Below, one piece after another: positions 20,575 to 29,821 of a stretch of 64,000 bases of DNA. The stretch is taken from the NCBI GenBank assembly GCA_965213925.1, contig OZ243927.1, forward strand, positions 4,160,001-4,224,000. Direction: 5' to 3'. The stretch's first letter is position 1. Each line of letters opens with the position of its first letter. Source of the DNA: Trueperaceae bacterium. Lineage in GTDB: Bacteria > Deinococcota > Deinococci > Deinococcales > Trueperaceae. The translations under genes and the position numbers were made by a program. A model generated the notes under the pieces. That model was not told the origin of the DNA, did not search any database, and saw nothing but the letters and a program-made list of their open reading frames with translations.

Positions 20575-21669
20575 ATGACTTACATCCTTTCCGTCAAACT
20601 TCTCTTAGGTGCTTTGCTCACTCTCGCCGTACTTACAGGTTGTCAATCGTCCGTTCCGCAGGGGGAGACCGTGTTTACCTGGCACAACCCTATTCGCCAA
20701 GGACCCGACTGGATTCGCGACCCGACGATTTTGAACGTCGAGGGCACCTACTACATGACGGGCACGTACATGAAAGAGGGGATTTCTGAAACGGACCCCG
20801 AAGCGTGGCCCGGCATCAAACTCTGGTCCTCTGCTGACCTGAAGCGGTGGCGGGAGGTGCCCGGCTTTTTGGTGCGCAACGCGCAGTTCACCTGGGCGGA
20901 TACGCTCCTCTGGGCTCCCGAAATCTTCGCGCATGAGGGCAAGTTTTACCTGACCTTTTCGGCGCAAGATACGAGCGGTGCGTGCGACAAGCAGAGCCTC
21001 GCGGTAGCCGTCGCGGAGACCGTCACCGGACCTTATGAAGTGCTGACGCCTGACGCGCCTCTACTCTGCGGCAACGACACGAGCCTCTTTGCGGACGACG
21101 GGCGTGTCTACGCCTTGCAGACGGGCATCACCGTAACGGAGATCAGCTTAGAGCCGCTAGTGGTTATCGGCGAGCAAACCCAGGTCATTGTGGATTCCGA
21201 AACGCCCGGCGACTGGGACAGCGCCATCAATGAAGGACCGTTTATGGTTAAAAGGGACGGCACCTATTACCTCTTTTGGTCTGGAACGGCGAGAGGGTAC
21301 GAAGTCGGCTACGCTACCGCCGAACACGTGCAAGGACCGTACACGAAGTACGAGAATAACCCGGTTTATGGCGCGTGCCGCGCTGAGTTTGAGAAAGCGT
21401 GCGCTCAGTCCGCCGATAATCCTTTCCGCGAGGTCGGACACGGCAACCCCTTCACCGGACCGGACGGAGCGCTGTGGCTCTCGTCGCACGGCATCGGGGG
21501 CGGGCGGAGGCACGAAAAGCCGAAGCTTGTCCTCGATCCGCTCCATTTCGACGAGGCGACAAAACAGTTTTCAGGTGAGGTCAGCTACGTTCCACGTGCG
21601 GTTACACTTCCTCAGAATCCTATCGACGACATCCCTACCCCAACACGAGTCGCATCAACCACACCGTAA
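20575..21669 (+). CDS. Glycoside hydrolase family 43 lipoprotein
   Basis: LTGC lipobox; RDP, WAPE, NEGP and GH motifs. Confidence 0.85.
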   Translation: MTYILSVKLLLGALLTLAVLTGCQSSVPQGETVFTWHNPIRQGPDWIRDPTILNVEGTYYMTGTYMKEGISETDPEAWPGIKLWSSADLKRWREVPGFLVRNAQFTWADTLLWAPEIFAHEGKFYLTFSAQDTSGACDKQSLAVAVAETVTGPYEVLTPDAPLLCGNDTSLFADDGRVYALQTGITVTEISLEPLVVIGEQTQVIVDSETPGDWDSAINEGPFMVKRDGTYYLFWSGTARGYEVGYATAEHVQGPYTKYENNPVYGACRAEFEKACAQSADNPFREVGHGNPFTGPDGALWLSSHGIGGGRRHEKPKLVLDPLHFDEATKQFSGEVSYVPRAVTLPQNPIDDIPTPTRVASTTP

Positions 21670-22291
21670 TGGCGTTGATGAAGCCGAAAACTTGGTCATC
21701 AAAAAAGACGACGAGCGCGATCACGATAAAGAAGCCGTAGCGCTCCAACTGCCACATCGCGCGCTGCCAACTCGCGGGCGCAAAGGCTTGAAGCACTTTC
21801 GAGCCGTCGAGGGGCGGAATAGGAAAGAGGTTAAAAACCGCTAAGAGGATATTGATCTGAGCAGCGAAGAAGAGCCCGTAGGCTAAGGGGTTCGTCAGGG
21901 TGCCGTTCTGCGGAAAAATCTGCTGAACGTTGTTCAGGTTGACGCCCAGCGCCCGGAGCGTGAAGAGGCAGAGCAAAGCGATGAGCACGTTGATAACCAC
22001 GCCCGCAATAGAGACCAGAAACATCCCCACGCGGTAGTTTTTGAAGTTGTCCGGGCGGATCGGTACGGGCTTCGCCCAGCCGAAGCCGACGACTAAGATG
22101 AGCAGCGTGCCGACAGGGTCTAGGTGTTTAAGCGGATTGAGCGTGACGCGCCCTAAGTTGCGCGCGGTCTTGTCGCCGACTCTATCCGCGACCCAAGCGT
22201 GACCGAGTTCGTGGAGCGCTAAGCTGTAGAGCAAGATCACCGCGATGATGGCGAAGACGAGCGGGGCGCTCTGGAGAAGACCTAGCAGCAT
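21635..22291 (-). CDS. M50 site-2 protease (YwhC-like)
   Basis: HELGH, TLNPLKHLDPVG, NLFPIPPLDG. Confidence 0.92.
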   Translation of the reverse strand: MLLGLLQSAPLVFAIIAVILLYSLALHELGHAWVADRVGDKTARNLGRVTLNPLKHLDPVGTLLILVVGFGWAKPVPIRPDNFKNYRVGMFLVSIAGVVINVLIALLCLFTLRALGVNLNNVQQIFPQNGTLTNPLAYGLFFAAQINILLAVFNLFPIPPLDGSKVLQAFAPASWQRAMWQLERYGFFIVIALVVFFDDQVFGFINAITVWLMRLVLG

Positions 22292-22302
22292 CGAGTCAGC
22301 GT

Positions 22303-22947
22303 TTAGAGGCCAGGAATGAGGCTCACAAGGCGGAGGATACCCGCTTGGAAGAGCGCTTGCAAGCCGCCTAAGATGCCCGTGTAGCTGAGCAGCAAAAAGA
22401 TCACGATAAAGCCGATAAAACCGTACGAAGCGATCTGCTGAACCACGCGGCGCACGTCTGCGTTACCCCAAGCGAGGGCAGCCTTTGCGCCGTCTAGGGG
22501 AAAGACCGGAAAGAGGTTGATCACGGCGTGGATGATGGCGGTGGAGGAGGCTAAGATAAACGACCGCGCCAAAATCGTGCTGCCTAAAGCCGCGATAATA
22601 GCCGCGAGGAGCGTCGCGGCGAACGCGACGATGAGGTACGCCACCGGACCGCTGTACCAAACGATCGCCTCTTGCTGACCGCGCCCTTTATAGTTGCGGC
22701 TGTTCGTCGGGATAGCTTTAGGCCAGCCGAAGCCCAGCAAAAAGAGGAAAACGACGCCGATAGGTTCTAGGTGCTGCTGCAAGTCGAAGCTCAAAAAGCC
22801 TGCGAAGCGGGGGCTCGAGTCGCCGTAACGCGACGCTATCCACGCCTGAAAGTAGTTGTGAAATACGAAAGCGAAGATCATAACGATCGCCACGATGATG
22901 AGGTCGTTGGCGCTGTAGGTGCCGCGTAGTAAATAGTCGAGAATCAT
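22303..22947 (-). CDS. M50 site-2 protease homologue lacking HExxH
   Basis: Aligns with its neighbour (GFGWPK, NLFPVFPLDG) but has HNYFQ at the HExxH position. Confidence 0.8.
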   Translation of the reverse strand: MILDYLLRGTYSANDLIIVAIVMIFAFVFHNYFQAWIASRYGDSSPRFAGFLSFDLQQHLEPIGVVFLFLLGFGWPKAIPTNSRNYKGRGQQEAIVWYSGPVAYLIVAFAATLLAAIIAALGSTILARSFILASSTAIIHAVINLFPVFPLDGAKAALAWGNADVRRVVQQIASYGFIGFIVIFLLLSYTGILGGLQALFQAGILRLVSLIPGL

Positions 22948-24203
22948 AGGGTCTCCTGGTCGTCGTTCGTAGCGCGGAGGCGCTGCTCGACAAGTGCTTT
23001 GGCGAAATCTCGCTCCGCTTGAAAAGAATGGAGGCGTCCGTCGGCTCGCGCTCTGGCTACTTCTAAGAGCACTTTACCAACCGCCGGACCCTCGGGTAAG
23101 CCCAACTCTAACACGTCTTTGCCGCTCAGCTTAGGGCGTCTAGCGAGGTTCTCTAAACGCTCTAAATGCCCCTTCAGCTCAGGGTGCCGCGCCCTGAGCG
23201 CGGCGCTGACTGCGGGGTCCAAAGCGCGCTCGTCTAACCCGTCTCGCCCCGCATCTAAAAGCGCGCGCCGTTTCAGAAGCTGCTTAGACCAGCCGAACGT
23301 GGCGGCGTGCGCCGCGAGGTTATCTTCGCGCACGCCCGTTAAGAGGAGGAGAAGATAGCTTTCGTCCGGTACGCCCTCTACGCGCCGCCGCTCATCCAGA
23401 CGCTCCAACTGCTCTAAGTGCGCAGCGCCGAGATGAAACCCGAACATCTGGGCGAGGACGCCGTAACGCGCCATTATTTCCAACGCCGGCGCGACCTGCG
23501 GCTCGGCGAGCGTGAGCAAGAGTTCGTTTTTGAGGCGTGCGGCGCTTACCGTGTGCGCGGCTCCTGCGGCTAGCGCGGAGGTCAGTTCCTCAGCCGTGTC
23601 AGGGTGAAAGGAGAAGCCTAAGCGCCCCGCGAGCCGCGCCCCGCGCACAATGCGTGTAGGGTCGTCGGTGAACGAATTCGGGTGGAGGGTACGAAGCTGC
23701 CTGTGTTTTAGGTCTTGTGCGCCGCCGAAGAGGTCGATGAGAACAGGCGTAGAGACGCGCACGGCGAGCGCGTTGAGCGTGAAGTCGCGCCGGAAGAGGT
23801 CCCTGTCCAAGGTGCTCCGCTTAACCACGGGCAGTGAGCCGGGAAAAGGGTAGATTTCTTCTCTCGCCGTCGCAATATCGACCTCTAAGTTCGGTAGGCT
23901 AAGCGTGCAGGTCATAAACGTTTCGTGACAGGTGAGAGAGCCGCCGAAGACCGCTTGGAGCGTCTCGCCCAACGCTCGCGCATGTCCCTCGGTGACGAGG
24001 TCTAAGTCTCGAGCCGCCGGTATCTCCTCGGAGGCGTGAAGCGAGAGGGAGGCGTGAAGCGAGAGGAGCGCGTCGCGCACGTTGCCGCCTACGAGATAAA
24101 GAGGGTTCTGCAAAGATGCGGCGCGCTGCAAGACGTTCGCCGCATCAGGGGACAGATGCTCGAGAATAGCTCGAGCCTCGAGGCTGTTTACGCGCGCACT
24201 CAT
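22944..24203 (-). CDS. Class II tRNA nucleotidyltransferase, probable A-adding (or CCA-adding) enzyme
   Basis: VGGNVRD, DLD, ATAREEIYPFPGSLP loop present, DLFRRDFTLNA, DDPTRIVRGAR. Confidence 0.85.
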   Translation of the reverse strand: MSARVNSLEARAILEHLSPDAANVLQRAASLQNPLYLVGGNVRDALLSLHASLSLHASEEIPAARDLDLVTEGHARALGETLQAVFGGSLTCHETFMTCTLSLPNLEVDIATAREEIYPFPGSLPVVKRSTLDRDLFRRDFTLNALAVRVSTPVLIDLFGGAQDLKHRQLRTLHPNSFTDDPTRIVRGARLAGRLGFSFHPDTAEELTSALAAGAAHTVSAARLKNELLLTLAEPQVAPALEIMARYGVLAQMFGFHLGAAHLEQLERLDERRRVEGVPDESYLLLLLTGVREDNLAAHAATFGWSKQLLKRRALLDAGRDGLDERALDPAVSAALRARHPELKGHLERLENLARRPKLSGKDVLELGLPEGPAVGKVLLEVARARADGRLHSFQAERDFAKALVEQRLRATNDDQETL

Positions 24204-24317
24204 ACGCCCAGTTTACCTAGCGGGTCCAAGCGGATAAAGTCGCGGGGTGTAAGATGTCTCACTTTGCGTCCACTAAGCCTATGAAATGGTGAACAGGTCT
24301 TTGAAAAGGGGGGCACG

Positions 24318-25070
24318 ATGAAAGTAACGTTTGGACTTGTACTCGCACTGCTGCTCGTCTCGGTCTCTGCTCAGAAAGCCGAGTGGAGCTACCGGGGTGA
24401 AGATGGACCGCAGAATTGGGGCGAGCTTGACGAAGCGTACGCGCTTTGCGCGGTCGGGCAAGCGCAGTCACCTATCGACATCAGCGCAGATGCTGTTACC
24501 GAAGAGAACATAGCCGACCTTCAAATCAGCTATGAAGATTCGCTCCTAGATATCGTCAACAACGGTCACACGGTCGAAGTGAAGTACGAGCCGGGCAGCA
24601 CCATCACGCTGGACGACACGCGCTACGACCTCCTACAGTTTCACTTTCACACGCCGAGCGAACACGCGCTCGGCGGCGACCTAGCCGAGGCGGAGATTCA
24701 CCTCGTCCACAGCAACCCTAACGCCGAAGGGGACTTGGCGGTCATCGGCATCCTCGTGCAAGAGGGCGCAGAGAACGAGGCGCTGCGCGAGGTGCTAGCC
24801 AACGCGCCGGAGGAAGAGGGAGAAGAGACGGTGCTAGAACTCGTCGAAGCCGAAGCCCTCCTACCCGAAAGCCGCCTCACCTACCGCTATAGCGGCTCAC
24901 TCACCACGCCGCCCTGCAGCCAAGGCGTCGCGTGGAGCGTGATGATCGAACCCGTCACCATGTCGGCTGAGCAGATCGAAACGCTTTCTAACCTCATCGG
25001 CGAGAGCAACCGCCCCGTACAACCTTTGAATGACCGCACCGTTAGACAAGACACGCAAAGCGGAAACTAG
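24318..25070 (+). CDS. Secreted alpha-carbonic anhydrase
   Basis: Signal peptide; QSPIDI, QFHFH, SEH, EIHLVH, GSLTTPPC. Confidence 0.95.
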   Translation: MKVTFGLVLALLLVSVSAQKAEWSYRGEDGPQNWGELDEAYALCAVGQAQSPIDISADAVTEENIADLQISYEDSLLDIVNNGHTVEVKYEPGSTITLDDTRYDLLQFHFHTPSEHALGGDLAEAEIHLVHSNPNAEGDLAVIGILVQEGAENEALREVLANAPEEEGEETVLELVEAEALLPESRLTYRYSGSLTTPPCSQGVAWSVMIEPVTMSAEQIETLSNLIGESNRPVQPLNDRTVRQDTQSGN

Positions 25071-25079
25071 CGTAACGCA

Positions 25080-25541
25080 GTGGTTCACGTCGCCCTCTTC
25101 GAACCCGAAATCGCGGGCAACGCCGGCAACGTCGCCCGCTCCGCTCTGGCGGTCGGCGCGACGCTCCACCTCATTCGCCCGCTAGGATTTCGCATCAGCG
25201 ACGAGGCGATTCGCCGCGCCGGGATGGACTACTGGTTCGAAGCGGACATCACGCTGCACGCCTCTTTCTCCGCCTTTCGGGACGTGTTCGCGACCTCTTT
25301 CGAAGAGAACCGCGTTTTTTCTTTCACGACCAAAGCGACGCAGCCCTACACCGATGTTACGTATAGAACGGGCGACGTCCTCCTCTTCGGACCAGAGTCT
25401 AGGGGACTGCCCGAGGTGGTGAGGGGGCAGACGGCGCAAGTTCGCATCCCGATGCGGCAAGCGGCGCGCTCCTTGAATCTCAGCGTGAGCGTCGGCGTGG
25501 CGCTTTATGAGGCGTGGCGGCAGATAGGGTTTGGTACGTAG
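25080..25541 (+). CDS. trmL: tRNA (cytidine/uridine34-2'-O)-methyltransferase
   Basis: EPEIAGNAGN, RRAGMDYW, FGPESRGL, SLNLS. Confidence 0.92.
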   Translation: MVHVALFEPEIAGNAGNVARSALAVGATLHLIRPLGFRISDEAIRRAGMDYWFEADITLHASFSAFRDVFATSFEENRVFSFTTKATQPYTDVTYRTGDVLLFGPESRGLPEVVRGQTAQVRIPMRQAARSLNLSVSVGVALYEAWRQIGFGT

Positions 25542-25582
25542 AACGGGGCAAGGGGTTGTGGCCCTTTGCCCCGGCTGGATAG

Positions 25583-26650
25583 TTACGGCTGCACAAACGC
25601 CGTCTCGCCATCCAATCCCTCAACGAATTTAGCCAGAAGCTTGATCACGTTTTCCAAATCTTCCGGGTCGATCATCTCGTTGGGCGAGTGCATGTAGCGG
25701 TTGGGGATGGAGACGACGGCGGTCGGCACACCGCCCCGGTTTTTGGCGAGGTCGTCAGCGTCGGTGCCGGTACCGCGCGGCGAGATGCCGATGCTGTACG
25801 AGATGTTTTCGCGCTCGGCGGTCGCCCTAAGCATCTCCAACACGCCCCGGTGTACGTACGAGCCCACGGTGAGTTCAGGACCTGAGCCGAACGAGGTCTC
25901 GCCCTCTTGCTTCTTGTTGACGTTCGGGATGTCGGTGGCGTGGGTTACGTCGATAGCGATGGCGACGTCGGGTTGCACAGCGTTCGAGGCGACGTACGCG
26001 CCGATGCCGCCTATTTCCTCTTGGACGGTGGCCACAGCGACGACTTCTGCACCTGACTCGCCCTTCGTTTCTGCGGCGCGGCGGGCTGCCTCTAAAACGA
26101 TAAACGCCCCTATCCGGTTGTCAATCGCCTTGGAGACGATGCGTCCGTTGAGGAGTTCTAAGACGGGCTGCTCGATGACCGCGAAGTCGCCCGCTCTGAC
26201 ATGCTCTTTCGCCTCGTCGCCGTCTTTCGCGCCGATGTCGATCCACATATCCTCTAGTTTCGAGACCTTGCGCCTATCGTCCGCGCTCATGAGGTGAATA
26301 GGTTTTTTACCGATCACGCCCAAAAGCTCGCCCTTATAGCCCACCACGCGCACGCGCTGACCCACGAGCTGCTGCGAGTCCCAGCCGCCCACGCCCTTGA
26401 AGTAGAGCCGACCCTCGTCGTCGATATAGGTAATCAGAAGTCCAATCTCGTCCACGTGACCCGCTAGGAGAACCTTGGGCGAGCCGCCCTTGCCGAAGGT
26501 CGCAAAGGTGTTGCCGTACGAGTCGGTATGTACTTCTGCGCCGCGCTCACTTGCCGCTTCGCGCCACACGGCGGCGGGTTTCGATTCGAAGGAACTGGTG
26601 CCAGGGGCGGCGAGGAGGGCTTTGAGAAAATCTTTGTCGGTGTCGTCCAT
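25583..26650 (-). CDS. M42 family metallo-aminopeptidase
   Basis: GHVDEIG, AIDNRIG, VQEEIG, AIDVT, RYMHSP. Confidence 0.92.
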   Translation of the reverse strand: MDDTDKDFLKALLAAPGTSSFESKPAAVWREAASERGAEVHTDSYGNTFATFGKGGSPKVLLAGHVDEIGLLITYIDDEGRLYFKGVGGWDSQQLVGQRVRVVGYKGELLGVIGKKPIHLMSADDRRKVSKLEDMWIDIGAKDGDEAKEHVRAGDFAVIEQPVLELLNGRIVSKAIDNRIGAFIVLEAARRAAETKGESGAEVVAVATVQEEIGGIGAYVASNAVQPDVAIAIDVTHATDIPNVNKKQEGETSFGSGPELTVGSYVHRGVLEMLRATAERENISYSIGISPRGTGTDADDLAKNRGGVPTAVVSIPNRYMHSPNEMIDPEDLENVIKLLAKFVEGLDGETAFVQP

Positions 26651-26750
26651 TAGCAAAATGTACCACGCATATGTGGTCAGCAACGCTGTTCTAAACCCCT
26701 TGCGGCGAACTATGAAGAGAGTGAGCTAAGCGCTTGCGGTCTCCCAAAAC

Positions 26751-27452
26751 CTAGGCGGCGTCAGCATCTAAAATCAGGCGCGGCTTAAAAGCTAAAGCGT
26801 CCGCCGCGACGAAGTGGATAGCAATTTCGCTGAGTTCTTCGATCACCCTCGTGCTCCCGTGCAGATGTCCGAAGACTAGAGCGTCGGGTGCGTAGCCCAG
26901 CAAGAGGTCCGTGAAACCGGAGGGCTCGAGCTTCAGATTCGTCGGCGGATAGTGGAGCATGACGACGGTTTTTGTACCCTCGTCGGAGAGCTTTTTCGCC
27001 GCATCTAGCGAGAGCTTGAGCCGCTCTAGTTCGCGCTGATACACCTTCTCGTCCTGTGTGCTAAAGTCCGTGCTACCTGGCGTCGTCCAGCCGCGCGTGC
27101 CCGCCACGACAACGTTTTCAAAGCGCAAGGCGTCGTTCTGAACGGCGTACATCCCCTCGGGTAGCGCGCGGCGCAGCTTGCTGATGGAGGGCCACCAATA
27201 GTCGTGGTTGCCGCGCAGCAAAACCTTCTTGCCGGGCAAAGCGGCGATGTCGCGCAGGTCCTCTAAAGCGCCCTCTAAGCGCATCGCCCACGAGATGTCA
27301 CCGGGGATAAGCACGAGGTCGCCCGCGCAGACGGTTTCACGCCACCTTTCGAAAAACGCTTCGGGATGACTCGCCCAGTTCTCACCGAATACCGTCATCG
27401 GTTTGGGCTCGGCTTTGGAGAGGTGGGGGTCGGCGATGGCGAAGACGCGCAT
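26751..27452 (-). CDS. Calcineurin-like metallophosphoesterase
   Basis: ADPHLS, GDISW, GNHDYWW, GHLH. Confidence 0.9.
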   Translation of the reverse strand: MRVFAIADPHLSKAEPKPMTVFGENWASHPEAFFERWRETVCAGDLVLIPGDISWAMRLEGALEDLRDIAALPGKKVLLRGNHDYWWPSISKLRRALPEGMYAVQNDALRFENVVVAGTRGWTTPGSTDFSTQDEKVYQRELERLKLSLDAAKKLSDEGTKTVVMLHYPPTNLKLEPSGFTDLLLGYAPDALVFGHLHGSTRVIEELSEIAIHFVAADALAFKPRLILDADAA

Positions 27453-27649
27453 GAGACGCTAGTCTAACAAACGAGGTTGAGGCGGAGTATGAAGTCAGTC
27501 GCACGAGATAAGGAGGGAGCACGCTGTTTTGAGACGACTCTCTCGAGATAAACGTAGGGGAAGTTGAAGTTTACCGCTCTGTTACTCGTGGTACTCGTCG
27601 GTTGTCAAACAAGCCCAGACGCTCCAAGTTCGGGTTCTGGCGAGCAAGA

Positions 27650-27997
27650 GGGCAGTCACTACGGCTTTCATGAGGTTCACGTCAACACGGTTGAAGGGTT
27701 CTGGTCGCTGCTCAGGTCGTGGCTTCGTCCACACCAGGGGGTCTCGCAAGAAAAGTTGCCGCTCTACTTGAGCTTCTTCGAGTTCGTTCACAACGCCCGG
27801 GCTAGAGGTAATACGAGGTTGCACGGCTTAGTTTTGCAAACTAAGCCGTGCCCATCTGTGATGGGACGTAAACTCGGCGCTCCGCTGAAAAGCTCTAACG
27901 CCCTCAGTTAGGGTAAGTAAACTGTGCAATTCCGTATAAGACGCTGCTGCCTTCGCTACTCGAAGTTCTGCTAGCCCCTTGAAACGCAGATAGAGCC
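27650..27997 (+). mobile_element. IS1595-family transposase 3' remnant with a probable right end, interrupted by a MITE
   Basis: GFHEVHVNTVEGFWSLLRSWLRPH...LYLSFFEFVHN; continues KTLLPSLLEVLLAP* after removing the MITE; ends ...AGATAGAGCC (GGC-type terminus). Confidence 0.8.
27812..27936 (+). mobile_element. MITE-like repeat family B, copy 2, with TAA target duplication
   Basis: TAA|TACGAGGTTGCAC...GTGCAATTCCGTA|TAA. Confidence 0.9.
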
Positions 27998-28083
27998 TAA
28001 CTCAAGTAGGTACGAGCGCTTACCCAACAGCTTCTTGTTCCTCCCGCTTTCTCTCCGACCCCGCTTCATGACAAGATAGAGCT

Positions 28084-28746
28084 ATGGCAGATAGACCCCC
28101 GGATAAACCTCTCGTCGGCGTGCTCGCCCTCCAAGGCGCGTTCCGCGAACACAGATGGGCGCTGGAGCGTCTGGGGAGCGAGGTGAGAGAGGTGCGGTTG
28201 CCGAGTCACCTGCTGGGGCTCGCTGGCGTCGTCATCCCCGGCGGCGAGTCCACGACGATGGCGAAGCTCATGGCGGCGTATGGTCTGGGCGAAGCGCTCA
28301 AAGCGTTTTACGACCAGGGCGGCGCGATCTGGGGAACGTGCGCGGGCGCGATCGCCGTCGCGACCGATATTGCGGGGCACCCCGAACAGCCCCGCTTGGG
28401 GCTCTTAGAGATGAGCGTCGAGCGCAACGCCTACGGACGTCAGGTCGCCTCGTTCGAAGCGGACGTGAGCGTGACCTCTTTCGCCGAGCCTTTCCGCGCT
28501 ATCTTCATCCGTGCGCCGCGCATCGCGTCCGTCGGCGAAGACATAGAGGTGCTGGCGCAACACGGAGACGACCCGATTATGGTCTCAAAGGGACGCCTCA
28601 TGGCGACGGTCTTTCACCCCGAACTCGCTCTGGACGACCGCGTGCACGAGTATTTTTTAGAAGAAGTTCTCCCCCGCGCCAGCTCAGACGTTAGCGCAAA
28701 CCTCCCTACAATAAACGCTGCACTACGAGGCGACCCAACAGAATAG
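28084..28746 (+). CDS. pdxT: PLP synthase glutaminase subunit
   Basis: GVLALQGAF, PGGESTT, GTCAG, RNAYGRQ, FHPEL. Confidence 0.95.
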   Translation: MADRPPDKPLVGVLALQGAFREHRWALERLGSEVREVRLPSHLLGLAGVVIPGGESTTMAKLMAAYGLGEALKAFYDQGGAIWGTCAGAIAVATDIAGHPEQPRLGLLEMSVERNAYGRQVASFEADVSVTSFAEPFRAIFIRAPRIASVGEDIEVLAQHGDDPIMVSKGRLMATVFHPELALDDRVHEYFLEEVLPRASSDVSANLPTINAALRGDPTE

Positions 28747-29095
28747 CCGCAAACCCTAAGAGTAAGTTCCCAAAGAGGTACATACCGACCCAGCCCCACT
28801 GACCCGCCTGCACGAGCCGGTAGTTGTCCAGTTCGAAGGTCGAGAAGGTCGTGAACGAGCCAAGAAAGCCCGTACCGATAGCGAGCTGCAAGGCGGGAGA
28901 GAGGTGGGACGTATTGGCGTGAAAGAGCGCGGAGAGTAGAAACGAGCCGAGGACGTTGACGAGCAGCGTGGCGAGGGGGAAGCTCGAGTACGCCGTCCCC
29001 TGCGTCATTACCTGCACCAGCAAAGAGGTGAGGTAGCGGCAGAGCGCGCCCAACGCGCCGCCTGTCATCACGCCGATAAGTGCAGAGACGGACAT
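28706..29095 (-). CDS. crcB: Fluoride channel Fluc/CrcB
   Basis: GGALGALCRY, TLLVNVLGSF, GFLGSFTTFSTF. Confidence 0.93.
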   Translation of the reverse strand: MSVSALIGVMTGGALGALCRYLTSLLVQVMTQGTAYSSFPLATLLVNVLGSFLLSALFHANTSHLSPALQLAIGTGFLGSFTTFSTFELDNYRLVQAGQWGWVGMYLFGNLLLGFAAILLGRLVVQRLL

Positions 29096-29226
29096 GCGCG
29101 TCCCAACCTACCACGTCTCACGTCACCGAGAAGGTCGGGGGGTAGCGTGTACAATACCCTCAGCTCGAGGAGCAGCGTTTCTATAGTCAACGTAAAGCAG
29201 AATCCACCCTCACGAAAAGGAGAACC

Positions 29227-29811
29227 ATGAATTTATTCCACCTACCCGTCGGCGAAAAAGCGCCTGATATCGTTCAAGCGGTGATCGAAGTGCCGATGAA
29301 CAGCGCGAACAAGTACGAGTACGACCCTAAGCAGGGCATCTTCAGGCTCGACCGCGTGCTTTACAGCCCGCTCCACTACCCCGGCGACTACGGTTTTATT
29401 CCAAGCACTCTAGCCGAAGACGGCGACCCAATCGACGTGATCGTTTTGGTCAACGCGCCGACCTTTCCCGGTGCGGTGTTGCAGGTGCGCCCGTTAGGAT
29501 ACCTGGAGATGAGCGACGAAAAGGGCGGCGACCAGAAGCTTTTAGCCGTCCCCGCCGACGACCCCCGCTTCGACGGCAACCGCCATCTGGACAGCATCTC
29601 GCGCCACCGCCTGCGCGAAATCGAGCACTTCTTTAATATCTATAAAGAGTTAGAGGGTAAAGAGACCAAAGTAGACGGCTGGCGCGGCGAAAAAGAGATG
29701 CACAAGCTCATCCAGGATGGTATCGAGACCTTTAAGGAAACGAGTGACGAGGTGATTCATCAAGGAGCGGCGGCACCGGACGAGCAGCCAGAGGTCGAGA
29801 CGGCAAGCTAA
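29227..29811 (+). CDS. ppa: Family I inorganic pyrophosphatase
   Basis: KYEYD, YPGDYGFIP, DGDPIDV, HFFNIYKELE. Confidence 0.95.
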   Translation: MNLFHLPVGEKAPDIVQAVIEVPMNSANKYEYDPKQGIFRLDRVLYSPLHYPGDYGFIPSTLAEDGDPIDVIVLVNAPTFPGAVLQVRPLGYLEMSDEKGGDQKLLAVPADDPRFDGNRHLDSISRHRLREIEHFFNIYKELEGKETKVDGWRGEKEMHKLIQDGIETFKETSDEVIHQGAAAPDEQPEVETAS

Positions 29812-29821
29812 AGTTTAGCTC

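Noticed and set aside
29096..29226. Fluoride riboswitch upstream of crcB
   Set aside because: The GATGGNGTTC...AATGAC core is not present on the minus strand
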